NCBI GenBank assembly: GCA_036478235.1
Contig: JAZGDZ010000097.1
Coordinates: 33,058-97,057 of the forward strand
Reading direction: 5' to 3'
DNA length: 64,000 nt
DNA from: Acidimicrobiia bacterium
Lineage (GTDB): Bacteria > Actinomycetota > Acidimicrobiia > Spongiisociales > UBA11373
Shown: positions 1-9,471 of the stretch, in pieces
Position numbering within the stretch: position 1 is the first letter of the stretch
How the letters are laid out: every line of letters starts with the position of its first letter
Position numbers and translations under genes: made by a program
Notes under the pieces: generated by a model
What the model was told of the DNA's origin: nothing
The model's database searches: none
The model's input: the letters and a program-made list of their open reading frames with translations, nothing else

Positions 1-2068
1 GGCGACCGCCACCGAGCGCAACCAGGTGCTCAAGGGCGTCTTCGGCTTCGAACTGCTCGATGCGATGCGGACGATCGCCAAGGAGCGCCTCGATGGCCTC
101 ACTGGCCAGCTGGCCGTCCTCTCCGACCGGCGGCAGACGGCCGGAGTCGATCGAGCCGAGCTGGACAAACGACACACCGATCTGGAAGCTGCCGAGGCTC
201 GTTCCGCCGCCCTCGAGGAACTGAGGGCGCCGTTCGAAGAGATGAAAGAGATGATCGGTGAATCCGAGGCGAAGGCTGCGGACGCCGAGAAGCGGGCGTC
301 ACGCCTCGGGGACATGGCCGGTCGCATCCCCGATCGCGACGACACCGATGAACTGTTCGCCCGAGCGGAGAAATCTGGTGGCGACGTTGCCGCGACTGAG
401 AAAGAGCTCGCCGCGGCCGAGCAGAGGCGGATCAGCGCTGGCGAGGCTCTAGAGGAAAGGCTCGCAGCGATAGGCGGGCGGGCCGGTCTCAGCGAGGCGG
501 GCGACCTCGTTGGTGCCTGGAGATCGGCTCGCGAGCAGGCGGGCCGGTCGGCCGGCGGAGAGGAGGTGGCGCGGAAGGCGGCAGAAGCTGCGGTGAGTGC
601 CACCTCCGAGGCTGCCCGGGCACAAGCGGAGTCGCTCGCAGCGGCCGAGGCCGCTGCGGTTTCCGAGTCAGAATCTCGCACCACTGTCGACCAGGCCCGA
701 GATTCTTTGCGCCGGATCTTGCAGGACCATCGTGCTCACGCAGTGCGGGCCGACCTGGTGGTGGGAGAGCCTTGCCCGGTGTGTTCTCGACCGGTGAAGG
801 AGATCCCGGAAACCGAGGCGCCGGCCGCGGTCGAGACCGCCGAGCGGGCGGTTGCCGAGGGGGTGCAAGAGGCGGAGCGTCTCGGTGAGGCGTCGCTGAC
901 GGCCACGACGGAGGCGGCCCAGTCCGGGACCGCAGCCGCGGCCGCCGAGGAGGCTCGCATCAAAGCGGCGGAAGCAGCGACCGGCGCCGGGGAGGCTGCC
1001 GAGAGGGACCGCACCGCACTCGACGAAGTGTCGGCTGCGGTGGCGGCGCTGCTGGGCGAAGGGGATCCGGAGCAGCGGCTCGCCGAGTTGCGAACAGCAG
1101 TGGAGGCGGCAGAGTTGACTCTGTCCGAGACGACTTCGACAGAGCAGGAGGCGCGGGCCGCGCTGGAGGAGGCTCGGGCGGTTGCCACCGCTGCGGTTGC
1201 AGCGCTCGCTTTGCTGCGGACGGAACTGGCAACGCTCACCGGTGCTCTCGACGTCTCAGCGGAGGTGGGGGAGTCCCCGGAGTCGCTGCGCTCGGCGCTG
1301 GTCGCGGTGCGTGAGGCGTGGAACGGCCAGATGCGGGCGGCGGAAGAGGACCTGGAGCGTGCCACCGAGAAGGCCGAGGCCGCCGGGGTAGCACGACGCG
1401 ATCTGCTCGAGGGGGCGGGCCTGGCCGAGAGTGACGACATCGTCGACGTGATATCGGCCGCCCGAGCCGAGGTGACGGGGCTCGCCGGCATGGTCGAGGT
1501 GCTCGAGAAGCGGCTTGCCGATCTGGAACGGCTCGACACCGACGAGGCAGAGCTGATCGGCGCCAGCGAGACGCTGACGCGTCTGCACTCCGATCTGGCA
1601 CCGTCGCGGTTTCTCGAATTCGTGCTCGACGAGCGGAGGCGCGCCCTCGGCGAGCTGGCATCCGAGCACCTGGAGGTGCTCACCGCCGGCCGGTACCGGT
1701 TCGACGATTCCGGCGACTTGCTCGTGGTCGATCTCAACGCGGCCGACGCCGTTCGCTCTCCGACATCGCTCAGCGGGGGCGAGACGTTTCTGGCCTCGCT
1801 CGCCCTGGCACTGGCTCTCGCCGAGATCGTCGCCCGGGAGGGTGGCAGGCTCGATGCCTTCTTCCTGGACGAGGGCTTCGGCAGCCTCGATCCCGAGCAC
1901 ATCGATCTGGCGATGGACGGAATCGAGCGCCTCGTCACGACCGGCCGGGAGCGTCTGGTGGTCGTCGTCAGCCACGTTCCGGCGCTGCGGGATCGGATCG
2001 AGGATCTGGTACAGCTCGATCGCGACCCGGTCACCGGCGACACCCGGGTCGTTTCGGGAGCATCGTGA
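1..2068 (+). CDS. sbcC: SbcC/Rad50-like ATPase, 5'-truncated at window edge (frame open to nt 2; ORF-table GTG at 26 is internal)
   Basis: Long coiled-coil, zinc-hook CPVC, C-terminal signature SLSGGE and Walker B FFLDEGFGSLD. Confidence 0.8.
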   Translation, partial: ATATERNQVLKGVFGFELLDAMRTIAKERLDGLTGQLAVLSDRRQTAGVDRAELDKRHTDLEAAEARSAALEELRAPFEEMKEMIGESEAKAADAEKRASRLGDMAGRIPDRDDTDELFARAEKSGGDVAATEKELAAAEQRRISAGEALEERLAAIGGRAGLSEAGDLVGAWRSAREQAGRSAGGEEVARKAAEAAVSATSEAARAQAESLAAAEAAAVSESESRTTVDQARDSLRRILQDHRAHAVRADLVVGEPCPVCSRPVKEIPETEAPAAVETAERAVAEGVQEAERLGEASLTATTEAAQSGTAAAAAEEARIKAAEAATGAGEAAERDRTALDEVSAAVAALLGEGDPEQRLAELRTAVEAAELTLSETTSTEQEARAALEEARAVATAAVAALALLRTELATLTGALDVSAEVGESPESLRSALVAVREAWNGQMRAAEEDLERATEKAEAAGVARRDLLEGAGLAESDDIVDVISAARAEVTGLAGMVEVLEKRLADLERLDTDEAELIGASETLTRLHSDLAPSRFLEFVLDERRRALGELASEHLEVLTAGRYRFDDSGDLLVVDLNAADAVRSPTSLSGGETFLASLALALALAEIVAREGGRLDAFFLDEGFGSLDPEHIDLAMDGIERLVTTGRERLVVVVSHVPALRDRIEDLVQLDRDPVTGDTRVVSGAS

Positions 2069-3210
2069 GCGGCCCGCTCGAAGGCGTGAGGGTGCTCGAG
2101 CTGGCCTCGATCGGTCCCGGCCCATTCTGCGCCATGGTGCTGGCCGACCTGGGGGCGGACGTTGTCCGTGTCGAGAGGCCGAATGCGGTCGCCCCCCACT
2201 CCGACCCACCTCCCGACGCGTTGCAGCGAGGGCGGTCGGCCTCGATCGGGGTGAACCTGAAGGAACCCGAGGGTGTGGAGATCGTGCTGCAGCTGGCGGA
2301 GCGGTCGGATGTGCTCGTCGAGGGGTTTCGTCCCGGGGTGATGGAGCGCCTCGGACTCGGGCCGGAGGTATGTCATGGGCGCAATCCCGGGCTCGTGTAC
2401 GGCCGAATGACCGGTTGGGGACAGAGCGGCGACCGGGCCCTCACCGCGGGGCACGACATCGACTACCTGGCGGTGGCCGGGGCGCTTCACCACATCGGTG
2501 ACCCGGACCGGCCTCCGGCGGTTCCGCTCAACCTCATCGCCGATTTCGGCGGCGGTGGCATGCTGCTGGCGTTGGGGATTGTCGCTGCACTGTTTGCCCG
2601 CGGCAGCGACGCCGCTGCCGGTGAGGTGATTGATGCGGCGATGGTCGATGGTTCTGCCCTGCTCACCTCCATGTTCCACGGAATGGTGGCCACCGGTATG
2701 TGGAGCGAAGAGCGCGGCGTCAACCTGCTCGACGGAGGAGCCCCTTTCTACCGGTCGTATGAGACTGCCGACGGCCGCTACGTCGCCGTCGGGGCTCTCG
2801 AGCCGCAGTTCTACGCAGCGCTGCTCGACGGCCTGGCCATCGAGTCTGGTGACCTGCCCGCCCAATACGACCGTTCCGGCTGGCCGCACATCCGGGAGCG
2901 ATTCGGCGAGGTGTTTCGAACCCGGACCCGCGACGAGTGGGTCGAGACCTTTGCCGGAACCGATGCGTGCGTCGCCCCGGTGAACACTTTTTCAGAGGCC
3001 GTCGCAGACACCGCCACGTCGGGCCGCAGTTCGTTCGTGGACGTAGGCGGCGTAGTGCAGCCGGCTCCGGCGCCCCGATTCGCCGGGCGGGCTGCGACCG
3101 CGCCCGCGGTGGCTCGGGCCCCCGGGGCCGACACCGATGCAGTCGTCGCCGGCCTCGGTTTCAGGGAGGCCGACTTGCGAGATCTGCGCGCCCGGGGCGT
3201 GATCGCCTAG
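2065..3210 (+). CDS. CoA-transferase family III (CaiB/BaiF; alpha-methylacyl-CoA racemase-like)
   Basis: N-terminus GVRVLELASIGPGPFCAMVLADLGADVVRVERP typical of family III; GTGA overlap with sbcC stop. Confidence 0.85.
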   Translation: MSGPLEGVRVLELASIGPGPFCAMVLADLGADVVRVERPNAVAPHSDPPPDALQRGRSASIGVNLKEPEGVEIVLQLAERSDVLVEGFRPGVMERLGLGPEVCHGRNPGLVYGRMTGWGQSGDRALTAGHDIDYLAVAGALHHIGDPDRPPAVPLNLIADFGGGGMLLALGIVAALFARGSDAAAGEVIDAAMVDGSALLTSMFHGMVATGMWSEERGVNLLDGGAPFYRSYETADGRYVAVGALEPQFYAALLDGLAIESGDLPAQYDRSGWPHIRERFGEVFRTRTRDEWVETFAGTDACVAPVNTFSEAVADTATSGRSSFVDVGGVVQPAPAPRFAGRAATAPAVARAPGADTDAVVAGLGFREADLRDLRARGVIA

Positions 3211-3485
3211 GAGGACGCGCCGATAGGCGCGGACTCGGCGGCCTGGGGCTGGGGCCCCCGGGCCGCATAGCGATGAGCCGTATGGCGAAGAGCCATGAAC
3301 ACAGAGGACGCGCCGATAGGCGCGGACTCGGCGGCCTGGGGCTGGGGCCCCCGGGCCGTAGAACAGGGCGCCGCCCGCAGGGCGGCACAACCATGCGGAG
3401 GGGTTCGAGGCCGAATAGGACTCGAACACTGGAGCCAAGACCAGCGATGAGCCGTGAGGCGAAGAGCCATGAACACAGAGGGCGC
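3211..3485. repeat. Two tandem copies of interspersed repeat unit A (about 95 bp), the second carrying a nested module B
   Basis: 3211-3309 and 3306-3485 share GAGGACGCGCCGATAGGCGCGGACTCGGCGGCCTGGGGCTGGGGCCCCCGGGCCG...GGCGAAGAGCCATGAACACAGAGG; related copies at 5573-5730, 45226-45355, 49455-49560. Confidence 0.75.
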
Positions 3486-3532
3486 GCCATCCACGGCTAG
3501 TGGGCATCCTGGGGGGGATACCATCGCGGGCG

Positions 3533-4600
3533 ATGGCTCGCGTCGGCATTCTCGGTCTGCCCAACGTCGGCAAGACGACGCTGTTCAACGCGCTCACCGG
3601 GCTCGGCGCCACGACGGCGGCTCACCCCTTCTCGACGACCGAGCCGAACATCGGGGTGGCCCGTGTGCCGAACGAGCGGCTGGATAGGCTCGCTGCTCTG
3701 GAAGGCTCGGCGAAGACCACCCATGCGACTCTCGAGCTGCTCGATCTTCCGGCCCTGACGGGCCCGGCCGGTGGGATGGGGGCGCGGTATCTCGGGCGAC
3801 TGCGCGAGATGGAAGCGCTCGCCCTTGTGCTACGAGCGTTTCACGACGATGCCGTGTCCGATGTCGAATCCGGGACCGATCCGGCCACCCAGGCGGAGTC
3901 GCTGCTGCTCGAGCTGACCCTGGCCGATGCCGAGGTCTTCGGCCGCCGTGCCGCCAAGGCGGCCAAGGAGGCGATGTCGGATGCCGGCCTGAGGAGGGCG
4001 GCCGAGGCCATCACTCGGGCGACTGCCCACCTCGACTCCGGATCTCCGCTGCGGTCGGCGAGCTGGAGTGAGCAGGAGTTCGAGGCCTTCCGCGACCTGG
4101 CCCCTCTGACGCTCAAGCCTGCCGTCTGGGTGGTGAACGTCGACGAGGGCGTCGGGGGCGATCAAAGCGGCGCCGTTGCCTCCGTGGTCCCGGATCGAGA
4201 CCCCATCGTCGTGCTCTCTGCTCGCATCGAGGAGGAGGCCGCCCAGCTCGATCCGGCTGATCGATCGGACCTGCTGGAAGGCCTCGGCCTCGGGGAGGGG
4301 GCGCTGGCCACAATGGTGCGGGCCACCTATGAGGCGCTTGGGCTGCTGGCGTTCTTCACGGTCGGGCCCAAGGAGTCTCACGCCTGGACGGTGCGCGCCG
4401 GAACGGCGGCGGCCGAGGCGGCCGGCAAGGTTCACAGCGACTTCGAGCGGGGCTTCATCCGTGCCGAGGTGGCACCGATCGACGTCGTTCTCGAAGCCGG
4501 GGGTTGGGACGCCGCCAAGGCCGCCGGGTCGGTGCGGCTCGAGGGCAGGGACTACGTGGTCGCCGAAGGAGACGTCCTGCTGGTCAGGTTCTCGGTGTGA
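3533..4600 (+). CDS. ychF: Ribosome-binding ATPase YchF
   Basis: ILGLPNVGKTTLFNALT G1 motif; C-terminal TGS-like domain GKVHSDFERGFIRAEV; purine-rich RBS before ATG 3533 (ORF-table start 3500 is upstream in frame). Confidence 0.9.
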   Translation: MARVGILGLPNVGKTTLFNALTGLGATTAAHPFSTTEPNIGVARVPNERLDRLAALEGSAKTTHATLELLDLPALTGPAGGMGARYLGRLREMEALALVLRAFHDDAVSDVESGTDPATQAESLLLELTLADAEVFGRRAAKAAKEAMSDAGLRRAAEAITRATAHLDSGSPLRSASWSEQEFEAFRDLAPLTLKPAVWVVNVDEGVGGDQSGAVASVVPDRDPIVVLSARIEEEAAQLDPADRSDLLEGLGLGEGALATMVRATYEALGLLAFFTVGPKESHAWTVRAGTAAAEAAGKVHSDFERGFIRAEVAPIDVVLEAGGWDAAKAAGSVRLEGRDYVVAEGDVLLVRFSV

Positions 4601-4656
4601 TCTCGCGGGCATAATGTCGGCTGTCCGCTCGGCGAACGCCGCAGAGAGGAGTTCGA

Positions 4657-4863
4657 GTGAGGGTCATCGTCGTCGGCGCCCGCGGCTCGACCCGCGATTT
4701 CCTTCGTCGGCTCGGTGAGCGCTGGGATGCCACCGTGGTCGATTCCGACGAGGACCTCCTGGCTCGGGCCTCCAATGCGCGCGAGATCGAGCGGATCGTC
4801 GGTGGCGGCTCGAGTCGAGTGACCCTCGACCGGGCCAGGATCGGCGAAGCCGGCAGGCTGTGA
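4657..4863 (+). CDS. Short hypothetical protein with Rossmann-like N-terminus (TrkA-N-like fragment)
   Basis: [16 protein letters not shown]; only 68 aa, possibly a gene remnant. Confidence 0.3.
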   Translation: MRVIVVGARGSTRDFLRRLGERWDATVVDSDEDLLARASNAREIERIVGGGSSRVTLDRARIGEAGRL

Positions 4864-5032
4864 ATCTTCCGCTACCGATCGGTGCCGGGGAGGAGGAGCG
4901 GCGCGGTCGCGTCGAGAAGATCGCCGCCGCGCTGCGGCAGGGTACCTATCGCATACCGACCGAGGTGGTGGCCGACGCGGTGCTTGCCGCTTGGCGTCGC
5001 GATCTGTCGGCCCGTCCTCCGCGAAGCTGAAG

Positions 5033-5488
5033 ATGCGGGCGGTCGTGCAGCGGGTGTCGCGGGCCCAGGTGGGCGTCGCCGGAGCTGTGATCGGTGCCAT
5101 CGAACGTGGCCTGGTCGTGCTGCTGGGAGTCGGCCATGACGACGGTCCGGAGGATGCCGTCGCAATCGCCCGGAAGCTGGTTGGCCTGCGAGTGTTCTCC
5201 GACGCCGGCGGGCGCATGAACCTGGATCTCAGCGACGTGTCCGGCGAGGTGCTGCTGGTGAGCCAGTTCACACTCTTGGCCGATCTTCGCAAGGGGCGGC
5301 GTCCCTCATTCGCCCCGGCTGCCGAACCGGGGCTGGCGAGCCGGCTGGTGGACGCCGTCGCCGGCCACCTGCGCGCCGGCGGTGTCACCGTCGCCACGGG
5401 ACGATTCGGTGCCGCCATGGAGCTCGAGTTGGTCAACGACGGCCCGGTGACGATCGTCATCGACACCGCCGGCGGCGCGGTCGTCTGA
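5033..5488 (+). CDS. dtd: D-aminoacyl-tRNA deacylase
   Basis: [13 protein letters not shown]...LLVSQFTL...SFAPAAEP...ELVNDGPVT matches Dtd family. Confidence 0.85.
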   Translation: MRAVVQRVSRAQVGVAGAVIGAIERGLVVLLGVGHDDGPEDAVAIARKLVGLRVFSDAGGRMNLDLSDVSGEVLLVSQFTLLADLRKGRRPSFAPAAEPGLASRLVDAVAGHLRAGGVTVATGRFGAAMELELVNDGPVTIVIDTAGGAVV

Positions 5489-5572
5489 GAACTAGCGGTC
5501 CGTCGCACAAGTAATCGCCGCATCTCTCCGGCCCTCAACGTACGATTCTGCGCTCCCGTCAGGGAGCACATT

Positions 5573-5730
5573 CATGCGGAGGTGCTTCGAGGCCGAGTAG
5601 GACTCGAACGCTGTAGCCAAACCCCTGGCTTCGCCTTTCTGCTCGTCGGCTCTTCGGCTGATGCCTCATCGCGTTGCGACCTGGGTCCCGTCCCAGGTCG
5701 CCGAGTCCGCTCCTTCGGCGCGTCCTCTTT
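5573..5730. repeat. Interspersed repeat: module B (forward) fused to unit A (inverted)
   Basis: CATGCGGAGGTGCTTCGAGGCCGAGTAGGACTCGAACGCTGTAGCCAAACC resembles 3397-3450; 5660-5730 is the reverse complement of unit A with a perfect 10-bp palindrome GCGACCTGGG/CCCAGGTCGC. Confidence 0.65.
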
Positions 5731-5830
5731 CTCGAAGCAGTCCCGACTGCGCCTTCGTCGTCAGGCTATGCCAGATGACGCCGATGGCTCGGAGATACGC
5801 GGGCGCTATTTGCACGACACACCACTAGCC

Positions 5831-6415
5831 CTACGACTCGTAGCGGCGGCGCGACAGGTCACCGATGAACTTGGGCGCGGTCAGTAAGACGACTCCCAGC
5901 CCGCACCACACGAGGCGATCGTCGGGCGGGACACCCCACCAGGTGCTCCACCCATTGGCGGCCCAGATAACCGTGCCCGTCAGATAGGCGGCCAGGCCCA
6001 CGAGCGCGCCGCCGGCGGCCCGCAAGACCTTTGCTGAGATCGCAATGAGGGGGAGAGTCACCAGGAGTCCAGGGGGCCAGACGACAGCAGTGACACCGCC
6101 GGTGACGCCGAGTCCCTTGCCGCCCTTGAAGCGGTACCAAGGGCTGAGGACCTGTCCGGCTATGGCGAAGACTCCGCCGGCGATCGACCCCCCGACACCG
6201 GCGAAGGCGTCGCCGGCCAGCGCCGCTGCCGCGCCCTTGGCGAGATCTACCAACAGGACGATGGTGGCGGTCAGCCGGCCACCGACGCGCAGCGCGTTCG
6301 CGGTTCCCGGGTTTCCGGTGCCGGACGCCCTCAGGTCGTGTCCCCGTAGCCGGGCGATGGCGTCGGCCGAGGGAATGGAGCCGATCAGATAGCCCACGAC
6401 GATGGATCGGATCAT
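5831..6415 (-). CDS. plsY: Glycerol-3-phosphate acyltransferase PlsY
   Basis: GSGNPGTANALR motif, multi-TM protein; GGAGGAG RBS before ATG at 6415, ATGA overlap with adnB stop. Confidence 0.85.
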   Translation of the reverse strand: MIRSIVVGYLIGSIPSADAIARLRGHDLRASGTGNPGTANALRVGGRLTATIVLLVDLAKGAAAALAGDAFAGVGGSIAGGVFAIAGQVLSPWYRFKGGKGLGVTGGVTAVVWPPGLLVTLPLIAISAKVLRAAGGALVGLAAYLTGTVIWAANGWSTWWGVPPDDRLVWCGLGVVLLTAPKFIGDLSRRRYES

Positions 6416-9400
6416 TTGTTCTCCTCCAGCCACGCCGCCCCTGGCTCACAGAAGCGGGAGAAATCGCAGGACAGGCACGGCCTACCCGGTGCGGGCTCGT
6501 AGGGCCCGTGCTCGGCTCCCGAGGCCAGCGTTGCGACGTGGCTCCGGGCTCGTCTCAGCCAGTTGTCGTCGATTGCTTCGGACTCCTCGGTCGCCGTTTC
6601 CCCGCCGAAGTAGGCGAACGTCACCGCGATCTTGTGCGGCCGCTCCCGACCGCCGAGCCGAATCTCGTCGGCCGCCATTGCGTATGCCTCCAGCTGGACG
6701 TGCCGGGCGGGATCGCCACCCGGCCGGCCGCTCTTGAAGTCGACGATCTCCCAGGCACCCGGCTCCGGCTCGTACACGGCATCGATCCGGCCGTTGATCG
6801 TCGTTTTCGCCACACGAAGCTCGAACGGTGTTTCGATCATGACCGGACGCTGTTTGGCGAAGCGTGAGCCGAGGAACCGGCGGAACGATGACTCGATGGG
6901 TTGTGGGCCGTCCCCGGTGTCGTCGTAGAACCCCGGCACAGCCTCGTCGAACGCGACGGTGCCGCGGTGGTGCAACTCCACTCGCCGATGGAATTCGACG
7001 CCGCGCCGCGCCGCCACCGACGGGCGGCGCGGCAGCCGGTCGATGTGCTCCCACCGAAACCGCTGCGGACACGCCGCATACGTGACAAGCCCGGTCACGG
7101 AGGTTCGGAACCGTTCGGTTCCGTGGGCGGGCTGCGCAGGCGCCGGCAGCCCGTCGAGCTTTATGCCGAGTTGATCCACGGCCGCATCGTATTGAGCGGT
7201 GATGCCCGCTTCAGATGCAAATCGGCGCGGCCACTGGGCGTCGGCGATGGCGGCGTTCAGCGCCGCGGCGTGACCCGCGGCGAAGTGGGGATCGGGTGCA
7301 GGGTCGCGGTGGACCCGCAGCCGCAGGGTCTCCGGGGGATCGCCCGGCTCGATACTCCTGCCGGTCACGGGTTCGGCGTGGGCATCGATCAGCTCGAAGA
7401 GCCGGCTCGGGGTCCGAGCTCTTCCGTCGGTGTACCACCAAGCGCCGGAGGCGACGAGCGTGTCGGCGGCGCGGGTCACGGCAACGTACGCGGTTCGCCA
7501 TTCTCCGTCGCGATGCAGCTCTCCGAGTGCAGCCCGACGTGTCTCGGGTTCGTCGCCGAGCTCGGGGAACGAATCCCGGTCGAGGCGCAGCTCGAACGGC
7601 AGCACCTCCGGGTACTCGAAGGGATCGTCGTATCGGATGACCCGCGACGGGAAAGTGCCCTTGGTCAGGGCGGGGAGGAACACCACCGGCCACTCCAGGC
7701 CCTTGGCGCGATGGACGGTGAGCATGGCGACGGCGTCCTCACCGGAGACTCGAGCGGTGTCGAGCTCGGCGGCGACCGAGTCCTCCTTGAGGACATCGAG
7801 GTGGTCGAGGAAGGCTTCGAGCGAGGGCTTGTTTTCCAACGGGCTCCAGTCTTCGGCAAGATCGAGGAACCGGTGGGTGTTGAGCCTGGCCGAGATTCGG
7901 GCGGCGTCGGGCAGGGCTTCGATCTCCGGCCAGGCTTCCGTACAGTCCAGGATGCGCCGGCAGAGCTCTACGAGGCTGACCCCTTGAGCAGTGCCGAGCA
8001 GTTCCCGGTAGGTGGCGCGGAATTCGGCCAGGCGCCCGGTCGCTTCGCCGCTCAGGCCCTCGACCTCCTCCAGCGAGTCCACCGCTTCGAGCAGCGCCCA
8101 GCCGATCGACGCCTCGTCGGACGCCGCGGGTTGACGTTTCCTTATCCATCTTGTGAGCGGGGCGAGGTCGCCGAGGCCGAGCCGGTACCTGGACCCGAGC
8201 AATATCCGGGCAAGAGCAGGGGCATCGTCGGGGCGACCGAGAACCCGCAACCAGGCGTGGAGATCGGTCACCTCGGGCACTTCGAGCAGACCCCCCATGG
8301 AGACGATCTCGACGGGCACACCCGCTTGGACCAGGGAGTCACGGATAGTCGACATCTGGCGGTGCTTGCGAAACAGCAGGGCCACTTCCCTCCAGGCGCG
8401 GTTCTCCTCATCGTGGAGTCGGATGACCTCGTCCGCTATCCAGGAGGCCTCGGCCACCGACGAGTGCAGCCAGTGGCTGCGGATCGACCCGGGAGGTGCT
8501 TTTGGACGACTGAGCAATTCGGGCAGGGGACCCGGCTTCGAGATCTCGGCGCGTACCCGGTTGGCGACCTCGACGATGCGCCATCCCGAGCGCCAGGAGG
8601 TGGCAAGGTCGCGTGATGGTGCGTCGGTCCCGTCGCTGCGGGCGAAGTGGCGGGGGAACGCCTCGAAGTTTTCCGGTGACGCTCCGCGCCATTCATAGAT
8701 CGTCTGATCACTGTCACCGACCGCAGTGACCGGGAAGCCTCCGCCGAAGATCGCCAGTAGGAGCTCGCGCTGGCCCGGGTTGGTGTCCTGGTACTCGTCG
8801 AGGAGCACCAGGCCGTAGCGGTTCCTGATGCGGGTCGCCACGTCGGCGTGCCGGGTCACGATTGAGTGAGCGGCCCGGACCAAGTCGGCGTAATCGACGA
8901 CACCCGACTCCCGCTTGCGCTCCTCGAAAAGGGCCAGGATTCTGGCGATCTCGACGCGGGCCTCGTGGAGATCGGGAGGGCCTACCCCGATCAGGTCCTC
9001 GGGCTCCAGCAGGTGATCACCGAGGGCGGAGGCAAGCGACAGAAGGCCGTCGACGCCGCGTCCGGCCTGGGTCAGATCGATGTGCTCGCGGCGCTCGGCG
9101 CCCATGGCGTCGCGCAGCAGCTGTCGAACGTAACCGGGGGTCACCACCCGCACCGACCGGGGAACGCCGATGAGCGGCCCGAACTCACGCACGATGCCGA
9201 ACGCAAAGCCGTGGTAGGTGGTCACCTCGACTTCTCGTCCCTCTTCGGACTCACTGCTGAGTTCGCGTCTGATGTCCTCGGCGAGCTCCTCGGCGGCCTT
9301 GTTCGTGAACGTGATTCCGAGCGTTCGCTCCGGATCGACCTCGCCCCGCCGCACCTTCTCGGCCAGCCGCCGTGCCATCGTGGTGGTCTTGCCGGTGCCG

Positions 9401-9471
9401 GCTCCGGCGGTCACCCGAAGCGGCTCGAGCGGGTGATCGATGATGGCGCGCTGCTGCGGGGTCGGCCTCAT
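6412..9471 (-). CDS. adnB: AdnB-type helicase-nuclease subunit (UvrD-like helicase plus C-terminal RecB nuclease with Fe-S cysteines)
   Basis: AGAGTGKTTTMARR Walker A; C-terminal IVDFKSGRPG and CLSCDFSRFC; the ORF extends to 9561 but M at 9471 abuts the adnA stop (ATGA overlap). Confidence 0.8.
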   Translation of the reverse strand: MRPTPQQRAIIDHPLEPLRVTAGAGTGKTTTMARRLAEKVRRGEVDPERTLGITFTNKAAEELAEDIRRELSSESEEGREVEVTTYHGFAFGIVREFGPLIGVPRSVRVVTPGYVRQLLRDAMGAERREHIDLTQAGRGVDGLLSLASALGDHLLEPEDLIGVGPPDLHEARVEIARILALFEERKRESGVVDYADLVRAAHSIVTRHADVATRIRNRYGLVLLDEYQDTNPGQRELLLAIFGGGFPVTAVGDSDQTIYEWRGASPENFEAFPRHFARSDGTDAPSRDLATSWRSGWRIVEVANRVRAEISKPGPLPELLSRPKAPPGSIRSHWLHSSVAEASWIADEVIRLHDEENRAWREVALLFRKHRQMSTIRDSLVQAGVPVEIVSMGGLLEVPEVTDLHAWLRVLGRPDDAPALARILLGSRYRLGLGDLAPLTRWIRKRQPAASDEASIGWALLEAVDSLEEVEGLSGEATGRLAEFRATYRELLGTAQGVSLVELCRRILDCTEAWPEIEALPDAARISARLNTHRFLDLAEDWSPLENKPSLEAFLDHLDVLKEDSVAAELDTARVSGEDAVAMLTVHRAKGLEWPVVFLPALTKGTFPSRVIRYDDPFEYPEVLPFELRLDRDSFPELGDEPETRRAALGELHRDGEWRTAYVAVTRAADTLVASGAWWYTDGRARTPSRLFELIDAHAEPVTGRSIEPGDPPETLRLRVHRDPAPDPHFAAGHAAALNAAIADAQWPRRFASEAGITAQYDAAVDQLGIKLDGLPAPAQPAHGTERFRTSVTGLVTYAACPQRFRWEHIDRLPRRPSVAARRGVEFHRRVELHHRGTVAFDEAVPGFYDDTGDGPQPIESSFRRFLGSRFAKQRPVMIETPFELRVAKTTINGRIDAVYEPEPGAWEIVDFKSGRPGGDPARHVQLEAYAMAADEIRLGGRERPHKIAVTFAYFGGETATEESEAIDDNWLRRARSHVATLASGAEHGPYEPAPGRPCLSCDFSRFCEPGAAWLEENK

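Noticed and set aside
736-2889. Very long antisense ORFs (for example 736-2889 minus, 6901-8616 plus, 41573-43612 minus, 50748-52895 minus, 57396-59159 plus)
   Set aside because: These are Arg/Ala/Pro-rich translations typical of the non-coding frames of 70% GC DNA. Each is antisense to a well-supported gene and has no recognisable domains.
3397-3450. tRNA-like T-arm resemblance (GGTTCGAGGCCGAATAGGACTCGAAC) in module B copies at 3397-3450, 5580-5620 and 39770-39805
   Set aside because: No pairing T-stem, no acceptor/anticodon arms and no CCA-adjacent acceptor could be folded on either strand; it is a repeat module, not a tRNA or tRNA fragment.
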